Shown: one piece after another, positions 15,034 to 24,472 of the stretch
Layout: the number at the start of each line of letters is the position of its first letter
Numbering within the stretch: the stretch's first letter is position 1
From: Nostoc punctiforme PCC 73102
GTDB taxonomy: Bacteria; Cyanobacteriota; Cyanobacteriia; Cyanobacteriales; Nostocaceae
DNA: 32,000 nucleotides
Direction of reading: 5' to 3'
Assembly: GCF_000020025.1 (NCBI RefSeq)
Contig: NC_010628.1
Span: 3,510,001-3,542,000, forward strand
Notes under the pieces: generated by a model
The model's input: the letters and a program-made list of their open reading frames with translations, nothing else
Told to the model about the DNA's origin: nothing
The model's database searches: none
Made by a program: the position numbers and the translations under genes

Positions 15034-15337
15034 AATTTCATCAAAGTGCCTAACGCACCCCTATTTAACACGGTGCGTTACGCTATCGCTAACATACGCA
15101 ATAGAACTCATATTTGATTGCGTGAAAAAACTCCCTACAACTCAAAAAGCCTTCTTTCCTATTTCCTCTTGCCTATTGCCTCTTGCCTTCCCATGTAAGT
15201 ATAGCTACGCTACGCGAACCAAAATCAAACCAGATTCCTATATTTAAGATTTACTTTATAAATAGTCTCTCAACCTAATAATCTGAAAAATAAAGAAGGG
15301 AATACTAAAAGTAGGTATTTCAGTTTCTTTATACTTT

Positions 15338-18300
15338 ATGATAACAAACAGTCCTAAAACGTCGAACTTATTAGACCTGCAAGAGTGTCACAAACAGCTA
15401 CAGTTAACGGTTCAGTACCAAAAAATATTGGCGAGAATTCTGGCTAAGATTCGCGCATCTGTAAACATAGAATCCATCTGTTCAACTTCTTGTCAAGATA
15501 TTTGTCGGCAATTAAAGATTGAGCGAGTTGCAATTTACCGCTTCAACACTGACTGGAGCGGTAGTTTTATTAATCGTTTTGGCTTTGCAGAACATCCTTG
15601 GGATGCATTGACTGCCTTTGGACAGGACTTGGTGTGGCAAGATTCGCATTTGCAAGAAACTCAGGGAGGGCGATATCGCAAAAATGAGCCGTTTGCTGTG
15701 GCTGATATTTACGATGCAGGGCACGCTCGTTGTCATATTGAAGTATTAGAACAGTTTCAGATTCGGGCCTATGCGATCGCACCGATTTTTATTGGTGCAA
15801 AACTGTGGGGAATGCTGGCAGCCTATCAACACTCTGCTCCTCGCCAATGGTGGCCTCACGAAGTTGAATTCTTAGCCCAAGCTGCCAGCCATCTCGGTGT
15901 GGCAATGCAGCAGGCAGAAACCCTAGAACAAACTAAACAACGCACAGGAGAACTGCAAGATGCGATCGCACGGCAACGTGCCTTGACGGAAGTGGTAGGA
16001 AATATTCGCTCCTCTGTGAATCCCGAAATTATTCTAGACACTGCCTGTCAAGAACTATGCAAACTCCTGAAGTTAGAGCGGGCAGCAATTTATCACTTTA
16101 ATGAAGATTGGAGCGGCGAATTTGTCAGCCAATTCGGGATGCTAGAGCCACAGTGGCATAGAATCCATCCTTTTGGCAAAAATCTAGTTTGGCAAGATAC
16201 CCACCTCCAAGAAACCAAAGGTGGACGCTACCGCAATAACGAAAGTTTTGTTGTTAACGACATCTACCAAGCCGGACACTCGCGTTGTCACATCGACATT
16301 TTGGAGCAATTCAAGATTCGGGCATATACCTTAGCGCCCATCTTCATCGGTCCAAAACTATGGGGACTGATAGCAGCATATCAACACTCCGGGCCGCGCC
16401 AATGGGCAAATTACGAAGTGGAGTTCCTTGGACAGGTAGGGGCACAATTGGGAGTCGCGATTCAGCAAGCCGAGAATTTGGCTCAGTCGAAACAACAGGC
16501 AGTTGCTCTCAAAGATGCGATCGCTCGGCAACGGGCACTAACTGAAGTAGTCGGTAAAATTCGCTCCTCTCTCAATATTGATTTAATCCTAAAAACTACA
16601 TGCCAAGAAGTGTGCAAACTGCTGCGAGTTGAGCGGGTTGGCGTTTATCGCTTCAATGAAGACTGGAGTGGTGAATTCGTCAGTAATTTCGGCATGGTTG
16701 AGGCACAGTGGGACAGCATCAATCCCTTTGGCAAAAATCTCGTTTGGGAAGATACCCACCTTCAAGAGACCAAAGGCGGACGCTACCGCAACAACGAAAA
16801 TTTTGCTGTAGAAGATATTTACCAAGCCGGACACTCACGCTGTCACCTCGATATTTTGGAACAGTTCAAGATTCGTGCTTATGCGTTAACCCCAATTTTT
16901 GTAGGACGGAATCTGTGGGGATTGCTGGCTGCCTATCAACATTCTGCACCGCGCCAGTGGGATAGTGTGGAAGTGGAATTTTTGGGACAGGTTGCGAGCC
17001 AACTGGGAGTAGCACTGCAAAGTTCTCAAATGGTGACTCAAATTCAAACTCGTGCTGATGAACTGCAACAATCGGCTGAACAGCGGAGGATTTTATTTGA
17101 TTTGGTCGTCAAAATTCGGGAATCGTTGGATTTAGAGACAATCTTGAAGACTACAGTACAGGAAGTGCGGCGATCGCTAAATACAGATCGAGTCGGCATC
17201 TTCCGCTTCGATCCGAATGTCGGTTTTTGCAGTGGTGAATTTATTGCTGAAGATGTGTTACCCAAATTCGATTCTGCTCTTGCTGTGAAGGTGCAAGACT
17301 ATTGCTTCGGCGATCAATATGCACCGCAATATCGCCAAGGGCAAGTGCAAGTTATATCTGATGTCAACAGCGTTGGCTCCAAAGTACCTCATCTTGATGT
17401 GATTGAGCGATTCCAAGTCAAAGCACAGATTATTGTGCCATTGATGGAAGGTGATGAACTGTGGGGTTTGTTATGCATTCACCAATGCACCCATACACGT
17501 CATTGGGAAGAAGCTGAATTGGAATTTGTCACCCAAGTGGCGGCTCAACTGAGTGTAGCACTGCGTCAAGCCAACTTGTTTCAACAATCTAGTTTGCTGG
17601 GTCAAACTCGTGAAGAAGCAAATCAACTCGCGCAGACTCTGAATGAACTGCGGACTGCCCAAATGCAAATTATCCACGCTGAAAAAATGGCCAGCTTGGG
17701 ACAACTGGTAGCGGGAGTTGCCCATGAAATTAATAACCCGATTAATTTCATCCACGGCAACTTAGAACACGCCCACCAATATACGCAAGAATTGCTTCGC
17801 TATGTGCAGCTTTATTGGCATCATTATCCTGATGCCGCACCAGAAATCCAAGAGTTTTTCAAAAAAGCCGAAATAGAGTATTTGGTCGACGACTTACCTA
17901 AATTATTCCAATCCATGCAGGTTGGCACTGAGCGCATTTGTGAAATTGTCACCTCTTTACGGAACTTCTCACGTTTAGACGAAGCCGATTTCAAGCCAGC
18001 AAACATTCATGAAGGCATCGACAGTACATTGATGATTTTGCAAAACCGCTTGAAGCCTTCAGGTGATAGCCTCACCATTCATGTGAGCAAAGACTATGGT
18101 AAGTTACCTCTGATAGAATGCTATCCCGGTCAGTTGAATCAGGTATTTATGAATTTGCTGTCCAATGCCATTGATGCTCTAGAAGAACGAATCACGCAGG
18201 AATTTTCTGAAGGACTGGCAAAAAACCCCAGCAAAATCCGAATTTCTACCTCCCTGCTCAATAAAGACTGGATTGTAATTCGCATAGCCGACAATGGACT

Positions 18301-18520
18301 CGGCATAGATGAAAAAGTCCTCTCTCGACTATTCGATCCATTTTTTACTACCAAGGTTGTCGGTAAAGGCACAGGACTGGGACTATCTATCAGCTACCAG
18401 ATAGTAACAGAGAAACATAACGGCAAAATCTACTGCCAATCTGAACTTGGCAAAGGTACAGAGTTCGTGGTTGAGTTGCCGATTTGTCAAGTTACAACTA
18501 GAAAATCAGTAACTAGTTAA
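15338..18520 (+). CDS. Sensor histidine kinase with three tandem cyanobacteriochrome-like GAF domains, a fourth GAF, and HisKA/HATPase
   Basis: 1060 aa. A 185-aa repeat occurs three times, each carrying YRFN(T/E)DWSG(S/E)F, W(Q/E)D(S/T)HLQET(Q/K)GGRYR, AGH(A/S)RCH (Cys132, Cys317, Cys502) and LWG(M/L)(L/I)AAYQHS. GAF4 has DYCF but a Pro where the CH Cys would be. H-box GVAHEINNP (His796), N-box NLLSNAIDA, G1 DNGLGI, G2 GTGLGLSISY. Confidence 0.9.
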   Translation: MITNSPKTSNLLDLQECHKQLQLTVQYQKILARILAKIRASVNIESICSTSCQDICRQLKIERVAIYRFNTDWSGSFINRFGFAEHPWDALTAFGQDLVWQDSHLQETQGGRYRKNEPFAVADIYDAGHARCHIEVLEQFQIRAYAIAPIFIGAKLWGMLAAYQHSAPRQWWPHEVEFLAQAASHLGVAMQQAETLEQTKQRTGELQDAIARQRALTEVVGNIRSSVNPEIILDTACQELCKLLKLERAAIYHFNEDWSGEFVSQFGMLEPQWHRIHPFGKNLVWQDTHLQETKGGRYRNNESFVVNDIYQAGHSRCHIDILEQFKIRAYTLAPIFIGPKLWGLIAAYQHSGPRQWANYEVEFLGQVGAQLGVAIQQAENLAQSKQQAVALKDAIARQRALTEVVGKIRSSLNIDLILKTTCQEVCKLLRVERVGVYRFNEDWSGEFVSNFGMVEAQWDSINPFGKNLVWEDTHLQETKGGRYRNNENFAVEDIYQAGHSRCHLDILEQFKIRAYALTPIFVGRNLWGLLAAYQHSAPRQWDSVEVEFLGQVASQLGVALQSSQMVTQIQTRADELQQSAEQRRILFDLVVKIRESLDLETILKTTVQEVRRSLNTDRVGIFRFDPNVGFCSGEFIAEDVLPKFDSALAVKVQDYCFGDQYAPQYRQGQVQVISDVNSVGSKVPHLDVIERFQVKAQIIVPLMEGDELWGLLCIHQCTHTRHWEEAELEFVTQVAAQLSVALRQANLFQQSSLLGQTREEANQLAQTLNELRTAQMQIIHAEKMASLGQLVAGVAHEINNPINFIHGNLEHAHQYTQELLRYVQLYWHHYPDAAPEIQEFFKKAEIEYLVDDLPKLFQSMQVGTERICEIVTSLRNFSRLDEADFKPANIHEGIDSTLMILQNRLKPSGDSLTIHVSKDYGKLPLIECYPGQLNQVFMNLLSNAIDALEERITQEFSEGLAKNPSKIRISTSLLNKDWIVIRIADNGLGIDEKVLSRLFDPFFTTKVVGKGTGLGLSISYQIVTEKHNGKIYCQSELGKGTEFVVELPICQVTTRKSVTS

Positions 18521-18599
18521 GGGGTTAGACCAGGAATAAGCAAAGAGGCAAAGTGATGATTTTTGCCGACTCACTTGACAAATTATCACTCGGCACACA

Positions 18600-19271
18600 T
18601 TACTGTACTGTTTGGGTAACAGCTATATTACATAATTGCTTTACCTTCTCGGCAACCCAATCAACGCGATCTTTTCCCCAAAATCTCTCGCCTTCGACTA
18701 CCCAATTCGGGACTCCAGGACAGCCAAACTGTTCGTATTCTGCCAAAGCTGCCACTGCTGCTTGTTTGGCTGCTTCCCCGTAGATTAACTCAAGAATGCG
18801 ATCGCCATTTAACCCGACATCATTTGCAACTTTCCTAATCACAGACTCATCATTAACATCAAGTAGATCGATGTACGTCGCTCGAAAAAAAGCTGCATCA
18901 AGCAGATGCTCCTTCCCAGTTCCACAAGCAGCGTAATAGGCTCTTGCAGGAAGTTCTTCCCGACCAAACTTCATTTTCTCCCAGCGCTTGACCCACCTAC
19001 CAAATTCTTCATACTCCTTGAGCCGAATTTCAATGCCGTACTTTTTCGCCCACCGCAAACAATCTTCTTTGTGATACGATGATAACAAAGCACTTTCACT
19101 TCTTCCTTGTAAATCAGCTACCTTTATACCTCGCTCCTTCGGTATATAAATTGGTCTTCGTTCAATATCAATAGGTAAACCTTGCAATGCTTTTTCCGCA
19201 AGAGCAATACCAATATATGAATTTGACGAGTGGTATATTGAGTATGAATATACTTTGATTCGCTGCGACAT
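18600..19271 (-). CDS. DsbA-like thioredoxin-fold protein (2-hydroxychromene-2-carboxylate isomerase family)
   Basis: 223 aa. The C-terminal PNWVVEGERFWGKDRVDWV is typical of the HCCA-isomerase/DsbA-like family. Confidence 0.6.
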   Translation of the reverse strand: MSQRIKVYSYSIYHSSNSYIGIALAEKALQGLPIDIERRPIYIPKERGIKVADLQGRSESALLSSYHKEDCLRWAKKYGIEIRLKEYEEFGRWVKRWEKMKFGREELPARAYYAACGTGKEHLLDAAFFRATYIDLLDVNDESVIRKVANDVGLNGDRILELIYGEAAKQAAVAALAEYEQFGCPGVPNWVVEGERFWGKDRVDWVAEKVKQLCNIAVTQTVQ

Positions 19272-19311
19272 CTATCTAAATTAACTCGCAATTTTAATAT
19301 TTTAATAAATA

Positions 19312-19941
19312 TTAAATGTGGCTTCTAACCCATTGGCGAAATTCTTTAACTAATTCTAAATAATCTTTTTCTCCCACTTGCGCTAAAAAGTTAGAAATCT
19401 CTGTTAATGGCAAATTGGGAAATATTAAACTCCGTTCAACAGATATATATTTATGATTTTCTAAAATGTTAATACTAAAATCATTACTATCATATCGCCA
19501 GATTTCAGGCACACCCATATCGGCATAAACTTGAAAGCAATTTATAGAACTGTTAGTAATATCAATTTCTACTACCAAATCTGGCGGTGGATCTTGGGAT
19601 AAATCTATTCTTTTTTTGCCTTTTATGAAATTAATATTTTCAATGTAAAAGCATTCATCTGGTTCTGCGCCACTCAGTTCTGGGCGCTTGAAAGTAGTAG
19701 AACCAAGGCAGTCAATTCTAACTTCTAGTTCTTCTGCAAGAGTTTCAACAAATCGACCCGCAATTCTTTTGTATCGTTCATGTTCAGGTGAAGGAGCCAT
19801 GATTTCTAGACTACCTCGATTGTAAGTAAGCCGGAGGCGGCGACTAGCACTAAGTTCAGTTAGCAAGTTTTCATAGGTTTGCCAACTGATACCCGATAAG
19901 TGGATGATTTCTGTGGGTTGAAGCAGTGTGTTGCTAGCCAT
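19312..19941 (-). CDS. Uma2-family (DUF820) restriction-endonuclease-like protein
   Basis: Start taken at the internal ATG 19941 (MASNTLLQP...). Motifs LEIMAPSPEHERYK, EPDECFYI, PPDLVVEIDITNSS and GVPEIWRYD. Confidence 0.8.
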   Translation of the reverse strand: MASNTLLQPTEIIHLSGISWQTYENLLTELSASRRLRLTYNRGSLEIMAPSPEHERYKRIAGRFVETLAEELEVRIDCLGSTTFKRPELSGAEPDECFYIENINFIKGKKRIDLSQDPPPDLVVEIDITNSSINCFQVYADMGVPEIWRYDSNDFSINILENHKYISVERSLIFPNLPLTEISNFLAQVGEKDYLELVKEFRQWVRSHI

Positions 19942-20156
19942 AGCGATATGTGATGTAGGTTCTCGCTGTACAATAGCCCTTCTTCGCCTCATTGTACTTT
20001 AAGCTCAATCTTCTATAAAGGTAGGTATCTGGTTGCTACAGTCGCGGTGAAAACTACTAAGCTGGTAAATAGCACGTTTAAAATTTAGCGGAAATTCGGA
20101 ATCGCATTTATCGGCGGTTCAAGATTCCTCATTGGCGAACTACCTGTAATTACATT

Positions 20157-21623
20157 ATGTTTGATGCTCTATCTGACCGTTTAGAAGCCGCCTGGAAAAA
20201 ACTGCGGGGACAGGACAAAATTTCTCAATCCAACATTCAAGATGCATTGCGCGAAGTGCGCCGCGCCTTGTTGGAGGCAGATGTCAATCTCCAGGTAGTC
20301 AAAGATTTTATTAGCGAAGTCGAAGCCAAAGCCCAGGGAGCCGAGGTAGTTACCGGCGTGCGACCTGATCAACAGTTCATCAAAATTGTTCACGATGAAC
20401 TGGTGGAGGTGATGGGAGAGGAAAATGTTCCCATCGCAGAAGCCCAGGAAAAGCCTACTATTGTGTTGATGGCTGGTTTGCAAGGTACTGGTAAAACCAC
20501 AGCGACGGCTAAGTTAGCCTTACATTTAAGAAAATTAGATCGTAGCTGTTTGTTGGTGGCGACAGACGTATATCGCCCAGCAGCGATCGACCAGTTGCTG
20601 ACGTTGGGTAAGCAAATTGATGTACCAGTATTTGAACTAGGAAGCGACGCAGATCCCGTAGAAATTGCTCGACAGGGCGTAGAACGCGCTAGGGCAGAGG
20701 GTGTAAACACAGTAATTATTGATACTGCTGGTCGCCTGCAAATTGACGAAGATATGATGGCGGAATTAGCCCGCATCAAAGCAACTGTCCAACCCCATGA
20801 AACTCTGTTGGTGGTGGACGCGATGACTGGTCAAGAGGCAGCAAATCTCACTCGCACCTTTCATGAGCAAATAGGAATTACTGGGGCAATTCTCACCAAG
20901 ATGGATGGTGATAGCCGTGGTGGTGCAGCGCTTTCAGTGCGAAAGATTTCGGGAGCGCCGATTAAATTTGTGGGCGTGGGTGAGAAAGTCGAGGCACTGC
21001 AACCCTTTTACCCCGATCGCATGGCATCCCGAATTTTGGGAATGGGCGATGTGCTAACTCTAGTAGAAAAAGCCCAGGAAGAGTTCGATTTAGCAGATGC
21101 TGAGAAAATGCAGGAGAAAATCCTGTCAGCAAAATTTGACTTTACTGACTTTCTTAAGCAGTTGCGGATGCTGAAGAACATGGGTTCTCTGGGAGGCTTC
21201 ATCAAGATGATCCCAGGAATGAACAAGCTTTCAGACGACCAACTCAAGCAGGGAGAAACCCAGCTTAAGCGCTGTGAGGCCATGATTAACTCCATGACTC
21301 GCCAAGAACGGCACGACCCCGATTTATTAGCCAGTTCTCCTAGCCGACGGCGACGCATTGCTGCTGGCTCCGGCTATAGAGAGTCAGATGTGACTAAACT
21401 GGTGGGTGATTTCCAAAAAATGCGATCGCTCATGCAGCAAATGGGTCAAGGTGGCTTCCCTGGAATGCCAGGAATGTTCGGCGGTGGCGGCGGTATGGGC
21501 AACGCTTTCGCAGGAGCTGGCAATCGTCCCGCAGCCCCCGGATGGCGGGGTTATGGTGGTGATGCAGGCACGAAAAAGAAAAAAACCAAAGAGAAAAAGA
21601 AAAAAGGCTTCGGCAATCTTTAG
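20157..21623 (+). CDS. ffh: Signal recognition particle protein Ffh (SRP54)
   Basis: 488 aa. MFDALSDRLEAAWKKLRG, GLQGTGKTTT P-loop, DTAGR, TKMDGDSRGGAALS, Met-rich M domain and a basic tail. Confidence 0.97.
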   Translation: MFDALSDRLEAAWKKLRGQDKISQSNIQDALREVRRALLEADVNLQVVKDFISEVEAKAQGAEVVTGVRPDQQFIKIVHDELVEVMGEENVPIAEAQEKPTIVLMAGLQGTGKTTATAKLALHLRKLDRSCLLVATDVYRPAAIDQLLTLGKQIDVPVFELGSDADPVEIARQGVERARAEGVNTVIIDTAGRLQIDEDMMAELARIKATVQPHETLLVVDAMTGQEAANLTRTFHEQIGITGAILTKMDGDSRGGAALSVRKISGAPIKFVGVGEKVEALQPFYPDRMASRILGMGDVLTLVEKAQEEFDLADAEKMQEKILSAKFDFTDFLKQLRMLKNMGSLGGFIKMIPGMNKLSDDQLKQGETQLKRCEAMINSMTRQERHDPDLLASSPSRRRRIAAGSGYRESDVTKLVGDFQKMRSLMQQMGQGGFPGMPGMFGGGGGMGNAFAGAGNRPAAPGWRGYGGDAGTKKKKTKEKKKKGFGNL

Positions 21624-21632
21624 TCATTAACC

Positions 21633-21660
21633 AATGACAAAGAACAAATGACAAAGGACT
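21633..21660. repeat. Heptamer-based repeat AATGACAAAGRAC(A/T) x2 downstream of ffh
   Basis: AATGACAAAGAACA AATGACAAAGGACT. Confidence 0.7.
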
Positions 21661-21821
21661 AATAGCAGCAAATGCTAGGCAGTGCTAAAATTAGCATTTC
21701 GACCTCAGAATTTATCAGCAGAGGAAACTAACCCTCAATTTCTCGGCAATAGCCAGATTTAGGTTGCTTCCTCACCCACTAGTTGCTAAATAATATCTAA
21801 ACAGGAGAATGATTCTTCAAC

Positions 21822-22082
21822 ATGATCAAACTGCGCTTGAAGCGATTCGGTAAAAAACGGGAAGCAAGTTACCGCATTGTCGCCATTAACAACCTCGCTC
21901 GCCGTGATGGCCGTCCCCTAGAAGAATTGGGATTTTATAACCCCAGAACTGATGAAGTGCGATTAGACGTTCCCGGTATCGTCAAGCGACTACAACAAGG
22001 CGCTCAACCCACTGACACCGTACGTCGCATTCTAGTAAAAGCTAATGTTTTTGAACAGGTCAGTGCAACAGCCGCATCATAA
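21822..22082 (+). CDS. rpsP: 30S ribosomal protein S16
   Basis: [41 protein letters not shown]. Confidence 0.97.
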   Translation: MIKLRLKRFGKKREASYRIVAINNLARRDGRPLEELGFYNPRTDEVRLDVPGIVKRLQQGAQPTDTVRRILVKANVFEQVSATAAS

Positions 22083-22095
22083 TTTCGGAACAAAA

Positions 22096-22479
22096 TTGCC
22101 AACAGCCAGTCCCAACTATGTTGATCTGGTTCGGTTTTTGGTGCAGCCATTTTTGGAATCTCCAGAGACTTTAAGCGTCGATTGTGAAATTTCTCAGGCC
22201 CTAAACCGGGTTTGGGTTCGCATCGCCTTTGAAAGCACAGATAAAGGGAAAGTGTTTGGTCGAGGGGGACGCAATATTCAGGCGATTCGTACAGTAATTG
22301 CCGCAGCCGCAGCCGCAGCTGGGCAATCAGCATACCTGGATATCTACGGCAGTACCACTCCGGGCCGCGAAGGTATGTCTTTTGATGAAGACACAGAAGA
22401 GCGATCGCCACCGCCGACTAGAAGAGAAGTGCGTGGAAATGATGGGCCTAAACCCATTGTTAAACCCCGCCTCCGCTAG
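22096..22479 (+). CDS. KH-domain RNA-binding protein (UPF0109/YlqC-like)
   Basis: Conserved ffh-rpsP-KH gene order. PNYVDLVRFLVQPFLESPETLSVDCE and GKVFGRGGRNIQAIRTVI (GxxG KH loop). The track ORF begins at 22045, inside rpsP. The TTG at 22096, just after the rpsP stop, is my preferred start, but this is uncertain. Confidence 0.7.
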   Translation: MPTASPNYVDLVRFLVQPFLESPETLSVDCEISQALNRVWVRIAFESTDKGKVFGRGGRNIQAIRTVIAAAAAAAGQSAYLDIYGSTTPGREGMSFDEDTEERSPPPTRREVRGNDGPKPIVKPRLR

Positions 22480-22499
22480 GTTAAAACTAGAGAGCAAGT

Positions 22500-22534
22500 C
22501 TGAGCGGTTGTGATCACCTCCGCTCAGAATTTTT
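22500..22534 (+). terminator. Rho-independent terminator after the rpsP-KH unit
   Basis: CTGAGCGG (22500-22507) / CCGCTCAG (22520-22527), followed by AATTTTT. Confidence 0.65.
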
Positions 22535-22981
22535 GTAAAGATGGAAAGTAGCAAAAAGATTTTTGGATCTTTTTTTGAACTCTTCACCGAAGAGGAAGGG
22601 GAGCAGCCTTGCCGTGACTTGTGCCGAGCGGAGCCGAGGTAGCGTAGCCGAACGGGAGCAGTGGGCAGGGAGAAAGATACTGGAATTACCCTGCCACAAG
22701 GGTTAGAGAACAACTAAATTTATTTATGCTCAAGAGTAAAAGTATTTATTTCAAAATGTGTAACATTATAAGTAATACATCCTTACTTCAGAGCCAAGAC
22801 ATTCATTTATAGGGATTCTCCCCCCTGCTCCCCGCCCCCTGCCCCTTTTCCTCTTTTTGACCAGTGTCGATAATTTGTTGCAAAAATTTTTCTAAAATGT
22901 AATTAAAAAAGCGTAATTTCGCCTTTGGCGAGAAAATATTAACCTTTGTCAAAAATAGATCCTTACGAATTAAAAAATACT

Positions 22982-23935
22982 ATGGCAGGTGCTTTAACAA
23001 TTCAGCTGCCGAATGTTTCCAGTGCGATCGCTCTTGGAGGAGATAGAGAAGAAAATCTCAAAATCCTATCTAGGCAAACAGGAGCTAATTTAGTGCTACG
23101 CGGACAGGAATTAGTGATTTCTGGTACTCAAGAGCAAATCGATCTGGCTTCTCGATTGGTGCGATCGCTTGAAGACCTTTGGATTAAAGGCAATACCATC
23201 ACTAGTGCCGATATTTTAACAGCTCGTCAAGCCATAGATAGCGATCGGCAAGGGGAACTGCAAGATTTACAGCGAGATGTCCTTGCCAAAAGTCGCAGGG
23301 GCGAAGAAGTCCGTGCTAAAACCTTTCGCCAGCGTCAATATATCGACGCACTCCGTAGGCGCGATCTTACCTTTGGGATTGGGCCTGCTGGTACTGGGAA
23401 GACTTATCTCGCCGTTGTTGTCGCCGTACAAGCACTCCTTGCCAATCAAGTTGAAAAGCTAATTTTAACTCGCCCTGCCGTCGAAGCTGGTGAAAAACTC
23501 GGTTTTTTGCCTGGAGACTTACAGCAGAAAGTTAATCCCTATCTTCGCCCACTTTACGATGCTATTTACGAATTCATCGACCCAGAAAAAGTACCCAGTT
23601 TAATGGAACGCGGTGTGATTGAAGTCGCGCCACTTGCCTATATGCGGGGACGCACCCTCAATAACGCCTTTATCATTGTCGATGAAGCTCAAAATACTAC
23701 ACCCGCTCAGATGAAAATGGTTTTAACTCGTTTGGGCTTCCGTTCGCGGATGGTGATTACAGGCGATATGACACAAACTGATTTACCACTTCACCAACAA
23801 TCAGGTTTAGGAGTGGCTTTACAAATTTTAAAACACGTTGAAGGGATTGCCTTTTGTGAATTTTCCCAAAAAGATGTCGTGCGCCATCCTCTAGTTCAAC
23901 GCATTGTTGCTGCTTATGAACAATACGAAAAATAG
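22982..23935 (+). CDS. phoH: PhoH-family ATPase
   Basis: Walker A GPAGTGKTYLAV, Walker B IIVDEAQN, and ITGDMTQTDLP. The track start at 22946 is a TTG; the first ATG is 22982. Confidence 0.9.
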   Translation: MAGALTIQLPNVSSAIALGGDREENLKILSRQTGANLVLRGQELVISGTQEQIDLASRLVRSLEDLWIKGNTITSADILTARQAIDSDRQGELQDLQRDVLAKSRRGEEVRAKTFRQRQYIDALRRRDLTFGIGPAGTGKTYLAVVVAVQALLANQVEKLILTRPAVEAGEKLGFLPGDLQQKVNPYLRPLYDAIYEFIDPEKVPSLMERGVIEVAPLAYMRGRTLNNAFIIVDEAQNTTPAQMKMVLTRLGFRSRMVITGDMTQTDLPLHQQSGLGVALQILKHVEGIAFCEFSQKDVVRHPLVQRIVAAYEQYEK

Positions 23936-23955
23936 GAATTGGGAATTGGGAATTG
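23935..23955. repeat. Heptamer repeat GGAATTG x3
   Basis: Starts on the last base of the phoH stop codon. Confidence 0.8.
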
Positions 23956-23994
23956 GACATAGGGCATTAGTTAGGACTCCTCGTTTAACCAACG

Positions 23995-24029
23995 ACAAAT
24001 AACAAATGATAAAGGACAAATGACAAATG
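23995..24029. repeat. Heptamer repeat ACAAATG x5 (two degenerate)
   Basis: ACAAATA ACAAATG ATAAAGG ACAAATG ACAAATG. The final ATG is the start codon of the 24027 gene. Confidence 0.8.
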
Positions 24030-24431
24030 ACCACAACATTGAAAGAATTTTTAGAAGGTTGCGAAACTCTTGGAACCTTGCGTTTAATTGTCACTAGCAG
24101 TGCGGCTGTATTAGAAGCACGGGGCAAGATTGAAAAGCTATTTTATGCAGAATTACCAAAAGGTAAGTATGCGAATATGCACACTGAAGGCTTTGAATTT
24201 CACTTGAATATGGATAGAATTATTCAAGTAAAATTTGAAACTGGTGAAGCGAAAAGAGGCAACTTTACAACCTATGCTATTCGGTTTTTAGATGATAAAC
24301 ATGAGCCTGCTTTAAGCCTATTTTTGCAATGGGGTAAACCAGGAGAATATGAACCAGGACAGGTGGAATCTTGGGAGACTCTAAAAGAAAAGTATGGAGA
24401 ACTTTGGGAACCTTTACCAGCAGAGATTTAA
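24027..24431 (+). CDS. ChuX/HutX-like (heme-utilisation carrier-like) small protein
   Basis: 134 aa. The size and the N-terminal LKEFLEGCETLGTLRLIV... pattern resemble the ChuX/HutX family as I recall it. The assignment is tentative. Confidence 0.4.
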   Translation: MTTTLKEFLEGCETLGTLRLIVTSSAAVLEARGKIEKLFYAELPKGKYANMHTEGFEFHLNMDRIIQVKFETGEAKRGNFTTYAIRFLDDKHEPALSLFLQWGKPGEYEPGQVESWETLKEKYGELWEPLPAEI

Positions 24432-24438
24432 TATAGAT

Positions 24439-24472
24439 AAATGGTAATTGGCGAAACCGTCAATCACCATTT
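24439..24472. terminator. Candidate bidirectional hairpin between convergent genes
   Basis: AAATGGT-A-ATTG (24439-24450) / CAAT-C-ACCATTT (24461-24472). T-rich on the plus side (ATTTATTT). It overlaps the TIR gene stop codon by 2 nt. Confidence 0.45.

Noticed and set aside
15512-18372. Numerous 60-94-aa ORFs in other frames or antisense within the histidine kinase gene. Similar nested ORFs sit inside ffh (20181..21358), pepP (13128..14185), the HopA1-like gene (102..308, 924..1136), the ABC gene (27146..27445), the TIR gene (24958..25155), phoH (23267..23462), and the 3' end of phoH plus its downstream intergenic region (23757..24127).
   Set aside because: They lie within, or largely overlap, long ORFs that have strong family motifs on the other frame or strand, and they lack any signal of their own.
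22580-22660. Possible SRP (4.5S) RNA next to ffh, because of GGAAGGGGAGCAGCC (compare E. coli GGAAGGAAGCAGCC).
   Set aside because: The conserved helix-8 context (GGUCC-GGAA-GGAAGCAGCC with pairing to the 3' strand) cannot be formed. The resemblance is limited to a short purine-rich string.
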